33,000 nucleotides of DNA from Vicugna vicugna (Eukaryota), in contig MU060486.1 of the NCBI GenBank assembly GCA_013265495.1, positions 93,001 to 126,000 of the forward strand. The letters are read 5' to 3'. The first letter of the stretch is position 1. The number at the start of each line of letters is the position of its first letter. The position numbers and the translations under genes were made by a program. A model generated the notes under the pieces. It had not been told where the DNA came from, did not search any database, and worked only from the letters and a program-made list of their open reading frames with translations. Below, piece by piece: positions 21,698 to 33,000 of this stretch.

Positions 21698-24496
21698 AGC
21701 AGCGGGGCAGCTGGAGAGCCGCCGGGAACCGGACTGGGGCCGAGGGGCCTCGAAACAAAACCTGGGCGATGCCCGCCCTCCTCGGGCGACGTGGAGTGGG
21801 GAGCTGGTTCTCAGCAGCTCCCACCAGCTAGCCGGCTCTCAGCTTGCTGGTCCCTCCCCACCTCAGCAGGTGGTTGCCGAGGGCCCGGGTCTGGGGGCCA
21901 GCACCCGCTACACGGGCTCCCCAGCGTTGTCCTCAACCGCTCTGAGGCTGCAGCCACCGGCGAGTTAAGTCTCTGCAGCTCTGCCGGGGATGCTGAGGGG
22001 CTAAGAGGTGGCCAGGTGGCCCAGGGTCCTTGGGACGTTAAGTGTAGAGGGAGGAGAGAAGCACGACCCCGTTTACCCTCTACCCGCTGCACTTGGGCTC
22101 CAGCATGGGGTCCTGATCACTCCCAAGTCAGAGCCCGTAACTTCTGAGAAGGAGCTGAGACGTGAGGCAGGAAAGAAGGAAGAAGGAGGCCAGGGCATCC
22201 AGCGGTGACAAGGAAGGAGGTGACAGCTTGGGACCAAGAGCTGAGGTCAAGAGACACACATACACAAGCCCTTGTCCAGTCTCCCCGTCCCCTTCTCTGG
22301 CCAGGCCTAGTCTCAGCTGGCACTGTCTGCATGGATTCTTGCAGAAGCTGGGGCTGAGGGACTCTGGGGATTTCTGATGCACTGGACTCTGAAGCCGGCC
22401 TTGCTGACCATTGTCAGCGCCATGCCTAGAGGGGGACGGGGGCAAGCGCAGCTACACCTGCGTGGGAACCAGTCTGGGTGGGGTGCCTGTTTGGACTTGA
22501 GTGTGGGTTTTGTGGCGTGTACTGCTTCACAGGACTGAGTAGGGATGTCTTAGTGCATAGCCTGTGACACTATTGTGTGCATTTGTGTGGAAATGGGGAC
22601 ACAGCTTCATAAGGTACTGGGGTTGTGCAGCGTGTGGCTTCACAGGAACATGGCTTGAGGTTTTCTGAAATTTTTGTTCTGTGCCTTGTGTCTCCCTGCC
22701 TCTGTCAGTGGCCACCACAGAGATGGACATATTTCCTCCCAAACCTGCACAGCTGGGGGCCGTTACTGGCTTTACTGGACCAAACTGAAGTCCCCTTCCC
22801 TCCGTGTGGAATGAAGACCCTTCCCCCGTGACACCCTCAGAGAGATTGTGCACTGTGCTCAGTCCGTCCCCAGCACCCCCTAAGGTTCTGGAGCTGCGTG
22901 CCATTCCCCTCTGCCCCTTTGGGTGGGAGCAGAAAGGCTTGCCGGGAGTACAGAACGGAGAGGGCTGATGGATTTGGGCCCCATTCAGCAGTGGTGCCGA
23001 GTGGCTTGCCATGCCCATTCTGTCCCAGGCCCTTGGACACTTGGGCATCCCTGTGTGTTCAGGCACATTAGAGGCCCACAGGCGCTGGGCTGAATATGTG
23101 CATGTAGGTCTCTGGATGAACAGACACTGGCTAGTCCCCAGAGTGTGGGGCAGGTGAATCACTGAGGGGCACAGGCAGAGACCAGGAGCTGCAGAGGAAG
23201 ATGCTGGCAGGGCCAGCCCAGTCCCCTCCCTCAGGCCTCTGGACCCACCTGGATTTTCCCACCGCAGTTCTGAGGGGCGGGGGCGAGGGGTGAGGGGACC
23301 GAGTCACTGTACACCCCCTGGTCGTGAGCACCGAGGGGGAGACAGGGCAGGAGCCCTGCAAGTGTGAGAGTTGTCGCAGGGTGAGCTGACCTGGAGCCAA
23401 GCCCTAGGATCTGGGCGTGTTGGTTCAGCTTGGCTGCAGGAGGAGCTGGCACAGAGGTGCCTGAGAGCTCCCCTCGGCTGAGAACTGGAGGGGAAGGGAA
23501 GCAGGGCTCGGGAAAAGAGAATCTGAGAGTCTGAGGCAGGCAGAGCAGCTGCGAGAGACAACAGACAAAGGGGCAGAAAGGACAGAAGCAGGCTCACAGA
23601 GCAGCCAGCAGGGAGCCCAGTGGGGCGGGGAGTGGGGGCAGCAGCCGGCTTCCTTCCCAAGTTTCCCAACCCTGGGTGAAGCAGGGGCACAGTCTCCTGA
23701 GGAAGGTTCTTCCCAAGGCTCGCATGAATGTGAGGTTCGGAGGGAGGCCCGAAGGCAGAAGGGGGACCGCCTGTGAGACCGGGACCCTCAGGGAGATGTG
23801 GCCCGGAACCAGCCCCTGTGCTGAGGGCTCCCCTACCTCCTGGGGCCTGCCCGCCCCCAGCCCTGGGTACAGTGGGCTGGAGGCACCCAACACCTGGAGA
23901 GAAGGAGAGGAAAACCTCCTGCTGCAGCTTCAGGGTTCCGGCCGGAAGGCCTCTGGGGGCCCCGCTGAGCACGGGGTAGGGCACGGGCTCAGCCAGGTGG
24001 GGCCGCCTCAGGCCCTCTGTGACCAGCTGGTGGACTGTGGGGGAAGCTGAGCCCCCTAAGCCCTGGCTCCCTGAAGGCCTGTGAATCCAGGAGCCCTCTG
24101 TACCAGGCTGTTTGTGGTAGAGTTCTAGGTGGATGTCACCGTAGCGTCTGGACTTTGCTCACTTCCGCATGTCTTCTGAGTGGCTCTGGAATTTGGAGTA
24201 GCCATTCTCTGGCCAACCCGGAGCCAGTCACACTGGGGTTGCCATCTCTCCTATCTCCCATGCCTCCAGACTCTGGGCCTTCTCTGCCCAGCAGTGCCTG
24301 TTTCCCGGTGCCCCCTTGCCCATCCATGGCAGCAATATCATTTCCATGTCTGATCAGTAGCAATGTGGTCCTTCCACTTACCAGCCAATGGTTGTCCAAA
24401 AAAATCCATGCAACTGATGAGAGCTCCAACCCGGTGGCCTCTCGGTGTTTGTGCTGAAGGATGGCGAGGTGGATGGAGATGGTTCCAAACCCCCAC

Positions 24497-24580
24497 TTCG
24501 TGCTCATTCACTGAGCACCTACTGTGTTCCAGGCTCTGGGCCATGCCGGGAACTGAAACGTTAGAGTCAGATCAGGTTTT
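24497..24580 (-). mobile_element. L2 3'-tail fragment, antisense
   Basis: CTCATTCACTGAGCACCTACTGTGTTCCAGGCTCTGGG. Confidence 0.6.
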
Positions 24581-25334
24581 TTATTTAACTTTGGAAGAAA
24601 GGACTGTGTGGGTTGCTTTTTTTTTTTTCCTTTTTTGCAGCTATAGCAAATTTACTTTTCTGATGAGGTTTAGCTCCAGCCAATATTAAAATGAGTCTGC
24701 ACTCCCTGAGCACACCGGCAACAACAGGGCAGCGGCCTCCCAGCCAAGTGCTTGGCAGGGCTTAGGGCTTCGCCAGCAATAAGCCCAAAGTGGAGAGTGT
24801 CTGGGCTACCAGGAGCTGGATGGACTTGGGGATAAAACTTGCCTGCAGTTTTAAACTTGTGGACCGGGTTTCTCTCTTCAAGAAACTTCGGGAAGGAGGG
24901 GAGCAGGGGCATAGAGATGGCAGGCTTGGCCGTGGGTACCAGGAGTGGACCCAACCTGCAGCTGGGTCCCTGGTCTGCGGGTGCTCGCTGACTGTTGTGT
25001 GAGGCTGGGCACAGGCGGTCCTCTCTGCCTCACTTCCGTCTATCTCGTTCTCTTCTGCGTGAAGCAGTCGAACAATCTGGCCTTCGAGGCCATGAGTCCG
25101 TTTAGGCTCAAAGCTCTGGGCTGTTCATGTAACCATCACTCAGAAGCCTGAACCCAATGCTGGAATGGGGTAGGCTGCTCTCCCTCCCTGGTGGGCTGTC
25201 CCCCAGCCACACCAGCCACTTCTCAGCTCAATAGCACATGTGTCTAGTGGCCATCACATTCCCAGCATCACAGAGTTCTCCTGGCAAATGCTGCCCTAGA
25301 CTGCACAGAGGGCTCAGCCAGGTGCTGCGAGCAC

Positions 25335-25525
25335 GGAGCCCAACTACTGGACTCAGATCCCCGCTCTGCCGCCACAGCTGTGTGTCCTAGGGCCAGTACT
25401 TGACCTCTCTGTGCCTCACACTCCTCATCTCTAAACGAGGACGATAGCAGGATGTCTGTGAGGCAGGACTGAGTGTTACGGTTAATCACGTTAACCACTC
25501 AGAAGAGGAGTAGCAAGTGCTTTGC
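25335..25525 (+). mobile_element. MIR SINE
   Basis: GGAGCCCAACTACTGGACTCAGATCCCCGCTCTGCC...GCTGTGTGTCCTAGGGCCAGTACTTGACCTCTCTGTGCCTCACACTCCTCATCTCTAAA. Confidence 0.75.
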
Positions 25526-25825
25526 TTTGCAATTTTTTATTGTTCGTTCAGTTAACGTTTCACGTAGCGAACCCTTGTGGAACCGGCGCATGGCCTTGCT
25601 TCCATCTCTGACCCCTCTGAGCCTGTCTCCTCACCTGCGACAGGCATGAGGCCGGTGGGTGGGCCTGCTTCGCTCTCCCCAGGACAGAGGACGGGGGGTG
25701 TCCGTCTTTGCACACGAACGCACCACATGCGTGGGGGAAGTGGGCACACCTGAGATTCCGTTTAGTGGCACCACTCCCACCAAAGACCATTTCTGGAGCC
25801 CCCACGCGTTCAAAATAAAAGGAGC

Positions 25826-25921
25826 TGCATGAGGTCATGGGTTCAATCCCTGGTACCGCCATTAAAAAAATAATTTAGTAAGTAAACCTAACCCCCCCAA
25901 AAAGTAAATAAATAGAAATAA
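25826..25921 (+). mobile_element. 5'-truncated tRNA-Ala-derived SINE, Vic-1 (camelid)
   Basis: GCATGAGGTCATGGGTTCAATCCCTGGTACCGCCA with B box at 25840-25850, then TTAAAAAAATAA...AAACCTAACCCCCCC and an A-rich tail. Flanking TSD AAAATAAAAGGAGC (25812-25825) / AAAATAAACAGAGC (25922-25935), 12/14 identical. Confidence 0.8.
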
Positions 25922-26384
25922 AAAATAAACAGAGCAAATAAGTTCCCGGCCATCAGCATCTGCTGGGTGAGGGCCTGAGGGCTCCACCTGGGCTACCGCC
26001 CCTGGTCTTGAGGGAGGGGGAGCCCAGCAGAGGGAGAGGGGCCTTGGGCAGACAGGATTTAGAGGTCACCTGGCTGAGCCAGTCCCAGCACCAGGTGTGC
26101 CAGCCACTCACTGAGGGGCAGAATCTCAGGAGCCGCTGTCTCTTCATCTACAGCGGGAGGGGCACGAAGCGTGTGAGCGTTCCTCCCAGACTGTGCTACT
26201 GACCCCGGAAGGCTCTCCTCTACAGACGCCCCCGGAGCAGGAGGCAGGAGCAAGGGGGCCCGCCTGCTGCGAAGGCAGAAAGAAGAGTAAATGGGTCTGG
26301 GGAGCATCTGCAGCTATGAGCTAGCCGTGGACGCACAGGTGGTCTGGCCCAGACTGGGAAAGGGGCGGATTCTGTGGCTCTAGG

Positions 26385-26465
26385 CTGTTTCCTCCTTTCT
26401 ACCGATGAGGAAGCCAGTGCCCAGAGAGGTTCCATTCCTGTTTCAGGTCACACAGCACTTTGGTG
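26385..26465 (-). mobile_element. MIR fragment
   Basis: CCGATGAGGAAGCCAGTGCCCAGAGAGGTT...AGGTCACACAGC. Confidence 0.6.
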
Positions 26466-27430
26466 CCTTGTCCCAGTTGGTGGCCTAAGTCCCCCAGAGC
26501 CTAGCCCTCCCGCTCTCAGGCCCCCCCATGTTGTGCAGGACAGAGATGAGCAACGGGGTGGCAGGAGCAGCCCCCCAGGCTCAGGGTAGGAGACCCACAC
26601 TGGACCCCCAGGCCCCTTCCACAGACCCACTGGGATAGGCCTCCTCTCTCCCCTTCATGACAGCTGACCCCAGAGGACAGACCTAAACTTCCTTGACAGG
26701 GCCCCAGGGAAGGTCAGCTGGTTCAGGCCACAGGCGACACATTAAAAATACATGCGAAACTTTAATTAAACCAGTGAATCATCAGTCTGCATGGTATGTT
26801 CACGCATGCTCTGGCCGAAGGAATGAGGTCAGCCTGGAAATCAGGTGGAGTGAGCCGTCAGGCCCGCAATGGCTCGAGAGGGTTTGGGGTGCCGGCTCTG
26901 CTCAGACCAGACCCAAAGCCTTGTGTCCCCATTAGCTGACTGGGGTCTTTCTGGGGTGGGCTTCTCAGCCCGAGCAAATCCAGGCCATCCTCAGCCCATC
27001 CCCACCACTGTCCAGCACGCTGGGAGGTAAGTGCAGACTCAGAGGTGTCAGGGCTGCATCCCTGGAGATGCAGTTTCTGGAAGGGTGCGGCCAGTGGAGC
27101 AGGCCACACCAGGCCACCTGGAGCCCCTCCTTCCAGGGGCGTCAGTGCGTGTAATGAGTGCCTCGCCCCTTCGTGCCCAGGTGGGACCCGCGCTCGGCTC
27201 CTGGGCAGTTGAGCTCAACTTGCTGTACAGACTCTGAGCACGTGTTTCCCTTCTTTTTCCGTCAGAAAGCTCTGAACTAAAGCTGAAGTATTACTCATCT
27301 ACCTCATCAGCTGTCAGTGTTAACTTCCTCTCCCTCCCGTAAATCTCGCTCCAGGAACAAGCGTCCCACTTGCTCCCAATGTCCACCACCTCCCTCCACG
27401 CCCGAGGACTGGGGACACAGTGGGCTGCCC

Positions 27431-27486
27431 TGTGTGTGCGCGTGCATGTGTGCATGTGTGTGCATGCTTGTGTGTACACGCACACC
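27431..27486. repeat. Degenerate TG/CA repeat
   Basis: TGTGTGTGCGCGTGCATGTGTGCATGTGTGTGCATGCTTGTGTGTACACGCACAC. Confidence 0.75.
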
Positions 27487-27736
27487 ATCATCTGTCCACG
27501 TCCTGGCCTGCTCACTCCTAACAGCTCATCTGGAGCCTCTGGGGGCTTCCCACAGCCATGCCCTGTGCATGTTTCCTGGCGGTTACCCTGCCAAGTGACA
27601 GCCAGCAGGGAGCTGCACACACTGGGACAACACACAGGTGCCCACCCAGCCCTGCTGCAGGGAAGGCCTCCTGTGCCCCTCCTTCAATGTCCAGGTGCGT
27701 CTGACCCATCTGCCCAGACCTTCTGGATGGCAGGTT

Positions 27737-28190
27737 CTTTTTTTGTGGTTAGAACAAAAGCACAACAAAATTAAAATGTAGCATCTTAACTGCTCTTAAG
27801 TGTGCAGTGCTGTTAAGAACATTCATCATTCAGTGATCTTAACCATCCATCTCCAGAACCTTTTCTTTCTGCAAACGGGGAACTCTGTATTCGTTAAACT
27901 ACCCCCGACCTAGCTCCCAGCCCCCAGCCCGGGCACCTGCCCTTCCGCTCTCCGTCTACAGAGGTCTGACTGATTACACATCTCTGTGAGTGGGTCACAC
28001 GGGGTTGGTCCTGCTGCGCTGCCTCTCCCTGAGCGCAGCATCCTCTGGGGTCCCACGTGCTAGCAGGTGTCAGGACTCTGTTCCCCTCAGGCTGGGTCCC
28101 ACCATGTGGATGTGTTTCGTCGTCAGGCTGGGGGTCGTTTGATGCCAGACCAACGATGGGGCAGAGTGCTAACAGCGATGTCTCTCCACC
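27737..28190 (-). mobile_element. L1M (L1MA/MB-type) 3' end, antisense
   Basis: TTTTTGTGGTTAGAAC...AAAATGTAGCATCTTAAC...TTAAGAACATTCA...CCATCCATCTCCAGAACCTTTT...GAACTCTGTATTCGTTAAAC matches the reverse-complement L1M 3'UTR. Confidence 0.75.
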
Positions 28191-29474
28191 GCCCTGCCCA
28201 GCCTGGGGCCTGTTGGGTCGGGGATGGTGCAGACACCTCTGTGCTGAGTCCTAGGCATCTGATTTGGGTCTCTGGTTGCTCCCCTGACTGTCCAGTGCCA
28301 ACCACATGTACTCAATGCCCAGCCCATGTGACAGTCCCCAAAGGTGGGGCAGGAGCAAGTTGGGGAGAGCACTCCCAGCAGAGGTGCCAGGTGGGCAGGT
28401 GAAGGGGCGCCCACTGGGCCCCCAATCCCCCACCTCCCGGGCACCTGGGACTCTGGGAGCTGGGGGGCAGCTGGGGTCTCCTTGACCCCCATCCACAGGG
28501 GAGGCCCAGAGAGGCAGAGATGGGCCCATGGCAGGAAAGGCCAGCGTGTTCAGGGGCATTTTGCTGTCATTGTATTGGAACCAGGCAGGACCTCGTCTGG
28601 GCAGGATCTCAATCTGTGCTAGGGGGACCCACCTGCAGTTCTGCTTGGCCTGTCCTCAGTGGTGGGGTGCAGCCAGGAGATGGAGGCAGTGGGGAGACGG
28701 CCCTGGGAGCCGTTTGTTGAGCCCCTCTGCTCCCTGAGCCTGTGACTCAGGCACAGGGGACCCACCCTCGGTCTGCTCTTGAGCTGGCCTTCCGTCGAGT
28801 GGAGACCCAGTCACAGGAGGGCTCCAGCCAGGCTCAGAAGCCGAGGGTGTTCACACACGCCCACGGACACACATGCACTCGTTCAGACCGGGCACTGGCC
28901 ATGCACACACACGTGTGTGAAGACGTGGGCTGCAGCACTGTGAGGCCACTCAGGGGCTCTTTGGTTTGCGAGGGGTCAGGCAAGGAGGCAGCCTCAGGAG
29001 CTCTCAGGATAGACGGCAAATTCCATGTCCAGGAGGACAGGCAGCAGGCGTCTCTGGTGCCTTCACCAGGCTTACAGGCCAAGTCAGACAGCATCAAGAG
29101 GGCAGTGGGGAGAGGGAGAGGGGCATGATAAAACACAGGGACACGCAGGCCCCACGTTGGGCTGTGGCAGAGGCGACAGCAGGAGTCAGAGGCCGATCTG
29201 AGGAGGGAAATGAGGGAAGTAAGGGGGTGCTTGCGGCTGAGGCCGGGCCTGGCTTGCTCTCTGGGCATCTGAACTCAAACTGTGCTCCTGGGGCTGGCCC
29301 AGACCCTGGGTGGGAGGGGAAGTCACCATCTGGATGGACAAAGGCAGGTCTGGTGGCTTCCAGAGCTCTTGGGAGCCCTGCAGGGAGGGGAGGCGCTGTA
29401 TTGGACGTGGGTCAGACGGCCGTAGGCAGCGGTAGAAGGGAAATGGGAGAGGCCACAGGGAGTGGTGGGTGTGG

Positions 29475-29660
29475 CCGCACGGCAGAGCCTGGGTGACACC
29501 GAAGTTTTCGATCTGTTCAGATTCCACGGTGAACCGGATGTAACACGCAGTCCGAACCTGTTTTCAGTCTTCAACTAGTCAGAGTCCAAACCTAATCCAA
29601 AGGTTATCTCTGAAAAACCAGAAAGCAAACTAGGGAACTGCCCCAAACAAGCAAAAGGTG
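29475..29660. mobile_element. Possible DNA-transposon remnant, family unresolved
   Basis: AT-richer block with GAACC/AAACC-type repeats (CCGAAGTTTTCGATCTGTTCAGATTCC...GAACCGG...CCGAACC...CCAAACC), reminiscent of hAT subterminal sequence. No terminal inverted repeat or TSD found. Confidence 0.25.
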
Positions 29661-30049
29661 GAGTGTGTTTTCTGACTCTGCTGGGCTGGAAGAAACCAAA
29701 GCTGTCACGTGGGGTTTACACCAGGCCCAAGTGGAGCTGCCCTGCTGCCCCCACCCAGGGTTTGGTCTCCTGGGGAGAGGCGACAAGGTGGGGCGAGGCA
29801 CAGAGTCCACACTGCCCTTCCTGCCAGGCCTTCTGAAGTGAAGGCCAGAGGTGGCCAGGCCATGGCAGGACGCAGAGCCCCAGGGCATGGCCTTCCCTCC
29901 CCAACAGCCTGCACCGTGAAACTGTGGGGGAGCCCCTTCCTGGGCCCTCAGCTGACCAGGGCGGGCAGGGCAGGGCCGTCCCAGTGAGCTGGGAGCCTGT
30001 CCTGGGCCTGCAGGCGGGAGACAGCATGCACAGGCACCTGGTGTGAGCA

Positions 30050-30122
30050 GCTCCGCTAACTCCCAGACCTTGGGCCCTTCCAAGCCACAATTTCCTCATA
30101 TGTACAATGGGGATGAAGCCCC
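30050..30122 (+). mobile_element. MIR fragment
   Basis: GACCTTGGGCCC...CACAATTTCCTCATATGTACAATGGGGATG. Confidence 0.6.
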
Positions 30123-30824
30123 CTGCCTGCCTCTCAGCCTTCAGTGGAGACCAAAGGGCTGGGCATCATGAAAACTGAACCTCACCTGCTCCAACAGCAC
30201 GGCTGCCCAGGACCTCACTTCCCTCCTGAGAGTGGAGTGAGCTGTGGGACCTGCTCCAGGGCGAGGATGGCGGGTGGAGAGGCCACTCGTGTCCTGTCAG
30301 GCAGGGCGGGGATAGGGGCCTGGGGCCAGGGCTCGGGGGCCGGCTAATGGAGTGTGGACTGGCTGGACCGGAGCTGATTGGCTCTGGTGTCCGGCTCTCC
30401 TGAGCAGCAGCAGCAGAATCGATACTCGTCCCCTGATCCCATTAGGGCTCCCACAGATCTCTGGGCAGGGTCAACCCTCCCCTCGCGGGGCCCCGGCTTC
30501 TGTCAACCTTGCCCCTCCCCTGCCTTCCGCAGCCCCGGCCCCCTAACCCGCATCCCTCCCAGGCCCAGGGGGGCTTGGGCTCCTGGAAGACGGGGACAGC
30601 TTCTTTCCTCGCGGGCACAGCCGGGGCTCTCCTCCATCCCTGTAAGACCAATGTCCTTTATTCTGTCCGTGCGCTAAACGGTACCCAGGCCCGTGGGAGC
30701 CTGGGGTCCCCTCTGGTAGCCAGTGATCTGCATCCTTCCCGAGCATCTGGAATATTTGTTCCCAGCCTGTTTGTGACGGTCCTGTGTGTTCTCATGGTCA
30801 CAGAATGTGACACTCCACGAACTG

Positions 30825-30985
30825 TGAGCTGGAAAGAAAAGAATGTGTCGTTCCTATGAAAACTAAGTGGAATGCTCTCGACTCCATGAGGTGAGCCTGG
30901 GAAAAAACTTCTCCAAATTAGGTGAAGATTGGTGGGAAATGTCAGGAAACGCCTCAAGGATATGGCACTGGGTTGCTCACTGAGC
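30825..30985 (+). mobile_element. TcMar-Tigger (pogo-like) transposase N-terminal remnant
   Basis: ATGAAAACTAAGTGGAATGCTCTCGAC...GAAAAAACTTCTCCAAATTAGGTGAAGATTGG reads as a frameshifted MKTK(L)NAL...KK...KLG...KDW, resembling the CENP-B/psq helix-turn-helix of Tigger elements. Confidence 0.6.
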
Positions 30986-31341
30986 GTCCCAAAGCATCCC
31001 CAGGTCTTGTCACTCTGGAGAGGTCAGGCTGCAGGCAGGGCGCCCAGCCCTCCCACCTCCAGAGGGTGGTGAGCTCCTGGGAAAGGCTGGAGCCTGCTTC
31101 CAAAGAGGGCAGAGCTGCAGTGGCCAGGAGGAGTGTTGGGTTGCACTGCGCGGTCATTGGGGACCACCGTCCATCCAACTCTGGGCGCTTCAGTTCTTGC
31201 TTCTCCTGAGCTGACACATGTGGCTTGTATGTGTCACCTGGAAGGAGTCTTCACCCCACGGCCTCCTTGGCCAGCCAGCCAACCACTGTCCCACTCCAGA
31301 GACGTGGGGTTGGGTAGTCTGTGTGTAACAGACTCCACGCT

Positions 31342-31367
31342 CACACACACACACGCACACACACACA
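31342..31367. repeat. (CA)6CG(CA)6 microsatellite
   Basis: Read directly from the sequence. Confidence 0.9.
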
Positions 31368-33000
31368 GGTGCGCACATGCTATCTCTGCAGCACCTCCCC
31401 CGAGAGAGGGCCACATGAAGCCCCTCCCTGAGGGCTGGTCACTGCCGGAAGGCCGCCTGTCCATCTCCCGCACCTCCGCATTGTCCCTGGAACCTAACCC
31501 AAAGCCCCACTCACCACCGATGCTGGGACTTACACAAGCCTCCTCCTCGGGAAGATGCCTCCCTGCACGTGTGGAACCATCCAGCCTTCAAGCCCACCTC
31601 GCCTGGCTTTGCCTCCCCAGCCTCGCCCCTCCTGTCCAGCCTGACTGGCTCCAGCCCAGCCTTGGGCTCATCAGAGCCCTGATCTAGGTCCCAGGACACT
31701 CTGAAACTCGTAGGTCTTCCCAGACGTGGCCCACCTCCAGGTCTCACTGGCCCTTAAACCATGACCGAGCTCCTTGGAGAGCCATGTTGCGGCCTCTTGC
31801 TCTGACTCTGGCCTTGATGGACCCCGACCCCCGTTTTGTCACACAGGACACTTCTCCATCCTCACAGCCCTTACTGTCCGGACCCCAAGTAGCTAACGAA
31901 ACAGAACTGAGACTTCACCAGGGTGCTCCCAGTCCAGCCCTACTTTTGGAGATGAGCGCAGGGGCTGAGGAGGACAAGCAGGGGCCCCAAGCCCCCATGG
32001 AGAGCCGGCCCCTGGCCCACTGGGCTCACATGCCCCTCTGTACAGCACTGATCTGTATCCAGCCGAGGCCCTGGGAGGTGCCCAGGGGCAGAAGGGCCCC
32101 CATCTGTACCTGCTGAGGGGCACAGGACGATGGCGGCGGAGGCTGGACACAGACACGAGCCTCGGTGGAGGGCGGGGAGTCGCGGCCGTAGCAGGCACAA
32201 GCCCCCACTCACTCTAGCCTGCAGGAGCCTCCCTCAAACATCTGTTCTCCGTGCCACGCAACCTCCCCACTCTGAGTGTGACCCAGCCCTCCTCTGTCTC
32301 ACCCCCTTTGCCCAAGCCCACCAAGGGCGGGGTCTGCGGAGGCACCAGCCCTACCCACAGGCAGGCAGCCCCTACTTCAGGGTTCGGGTTAGGAGCAGCT
32401 ACCCCATCTCAGACTTAGGCCTCTGGGTCTGGGGTGGGGGTGGGTACAGCTTTCACCCCCACCCCAGGCCCCAGGCCCCAATTCCCCTAGACCCGCCCCC
32501 TGCTGGCTAGCTGGCTTCCCCCAAGGCTGGGGCCCTCCCTGCTCGGCTTAATAACCTCCTGATAATTATCTCCACAATTTTGCTGCTTGCTTATAATAGT
32601 CTCCATTAAAGTTACGGGGTTTTCAGGCCATAATGGCTTCCAGAGTAATTAATGCACAACTGGGTTTATAGCTAAGTTTATTTTTAGAGCTTTTCTGCCT
32701 CACCCCTTCCCCCTCCTCTTATAGATGCTTTGACCAGACAGACTGGATGGGATCAGAGCCTCCATCCACGGCCCCAGCCTCCATCCCCCCATGTCCACTC
32801 CGGCCCCCTCCTGCTCCCCCTGGGGAGGTGCTGGGACCCGCTCTGGGGCCTGACCTCCCTTCCGGAGCTCCTGACTGCAGCACAGACCCAAAGGGTCTGG
32901 CAGCTCAGGTCTGGCTCCACCATGTGCTGTGACTTGGACGAGACATTGACCCTCGCGGTCTCAGCAAGCCCCGGGTGAAACGGGGAAGAGGTCCTCACCC

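Larger units (their letters stand above)
20880..21800 (+). promoter_or_regulatory. CpG island promoter of an unidentified gene
   Basis: Very high GC and CpG density, CCAAT at 21071-21075, tandem GC boxes GGGGCGGGGGCGGGG at 21170-21184, no TATA box, and a strong + strand donor at 21546. TSS inferred at about 21250-21340. Confidence 0.85.

Noticed and set aside
20289-22147. Long ORFs across the CpG island (261, 326 and 360 aa)
   Set aside because: Pro/Arg/Gly/Ala-rich, overlapping on both strands and reading through microsatellites. This is expected stop-codon scarcity in very GC-rich DNA, and no domain is recognisable.
23304-23984. 226-aa minus-strand ORF
   Set aside because: Low-complexity Pro/Gly/Leu sequence with no domain and no exon signals.
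30913-30922. Perfect CArG box CCAAATTAGG
   Set aside because: Lies inside the Tigger remnant, and about one such site is expected by chance in 33 kb.
1-33000. Intact tRNA, rRNA, CRISPR array, processed pseudogene or intact transposase/retroviral ORF
   Set aside because: None seen. The only tRNA-like sequence is the truncated SINE head at ~25826-25862.

Overview
GC-rich mammalian genomic DNA, most likely a camelid. The host call rests on one 5'-truncated tRNA-Ala-derived SINE at 25826-25921 that I recognise from memory as Vic-1. The window appears to hold three parts, all read on the + strand: the probable terminal exon and poly(A) site of an unidentified gene (241 to ~1445); about 19.5 kb of intergenic DNA; and a CpG-island promoter (~20880-21800) with a short first exon ending at a strong CAG|GTCAGT donor (21545/21546), followed by an intron that runs past the window end. 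I cannot name either gene. The rest is old repeats (MIR, L2, L1, MER5-like, Tigger), one younger solo ERV LTR, microsatellites and short AT-rich enhancer-like patches. Nearly all ORFs in the six-frame track are GC-driven chance ORFs. I found no novel multi-gene system. The best leads are the 5' leader of the CpG-island gene (G4 motif, 32-codon uORF, in-frame TAG, downstream ATG, Z-DNA tract), a telomeric tetramer inserted inside an old L1, and a solo LTR about 1.7 kb upstream of the island. Repeat family calls come from recalled consensus sequences, not from a search.
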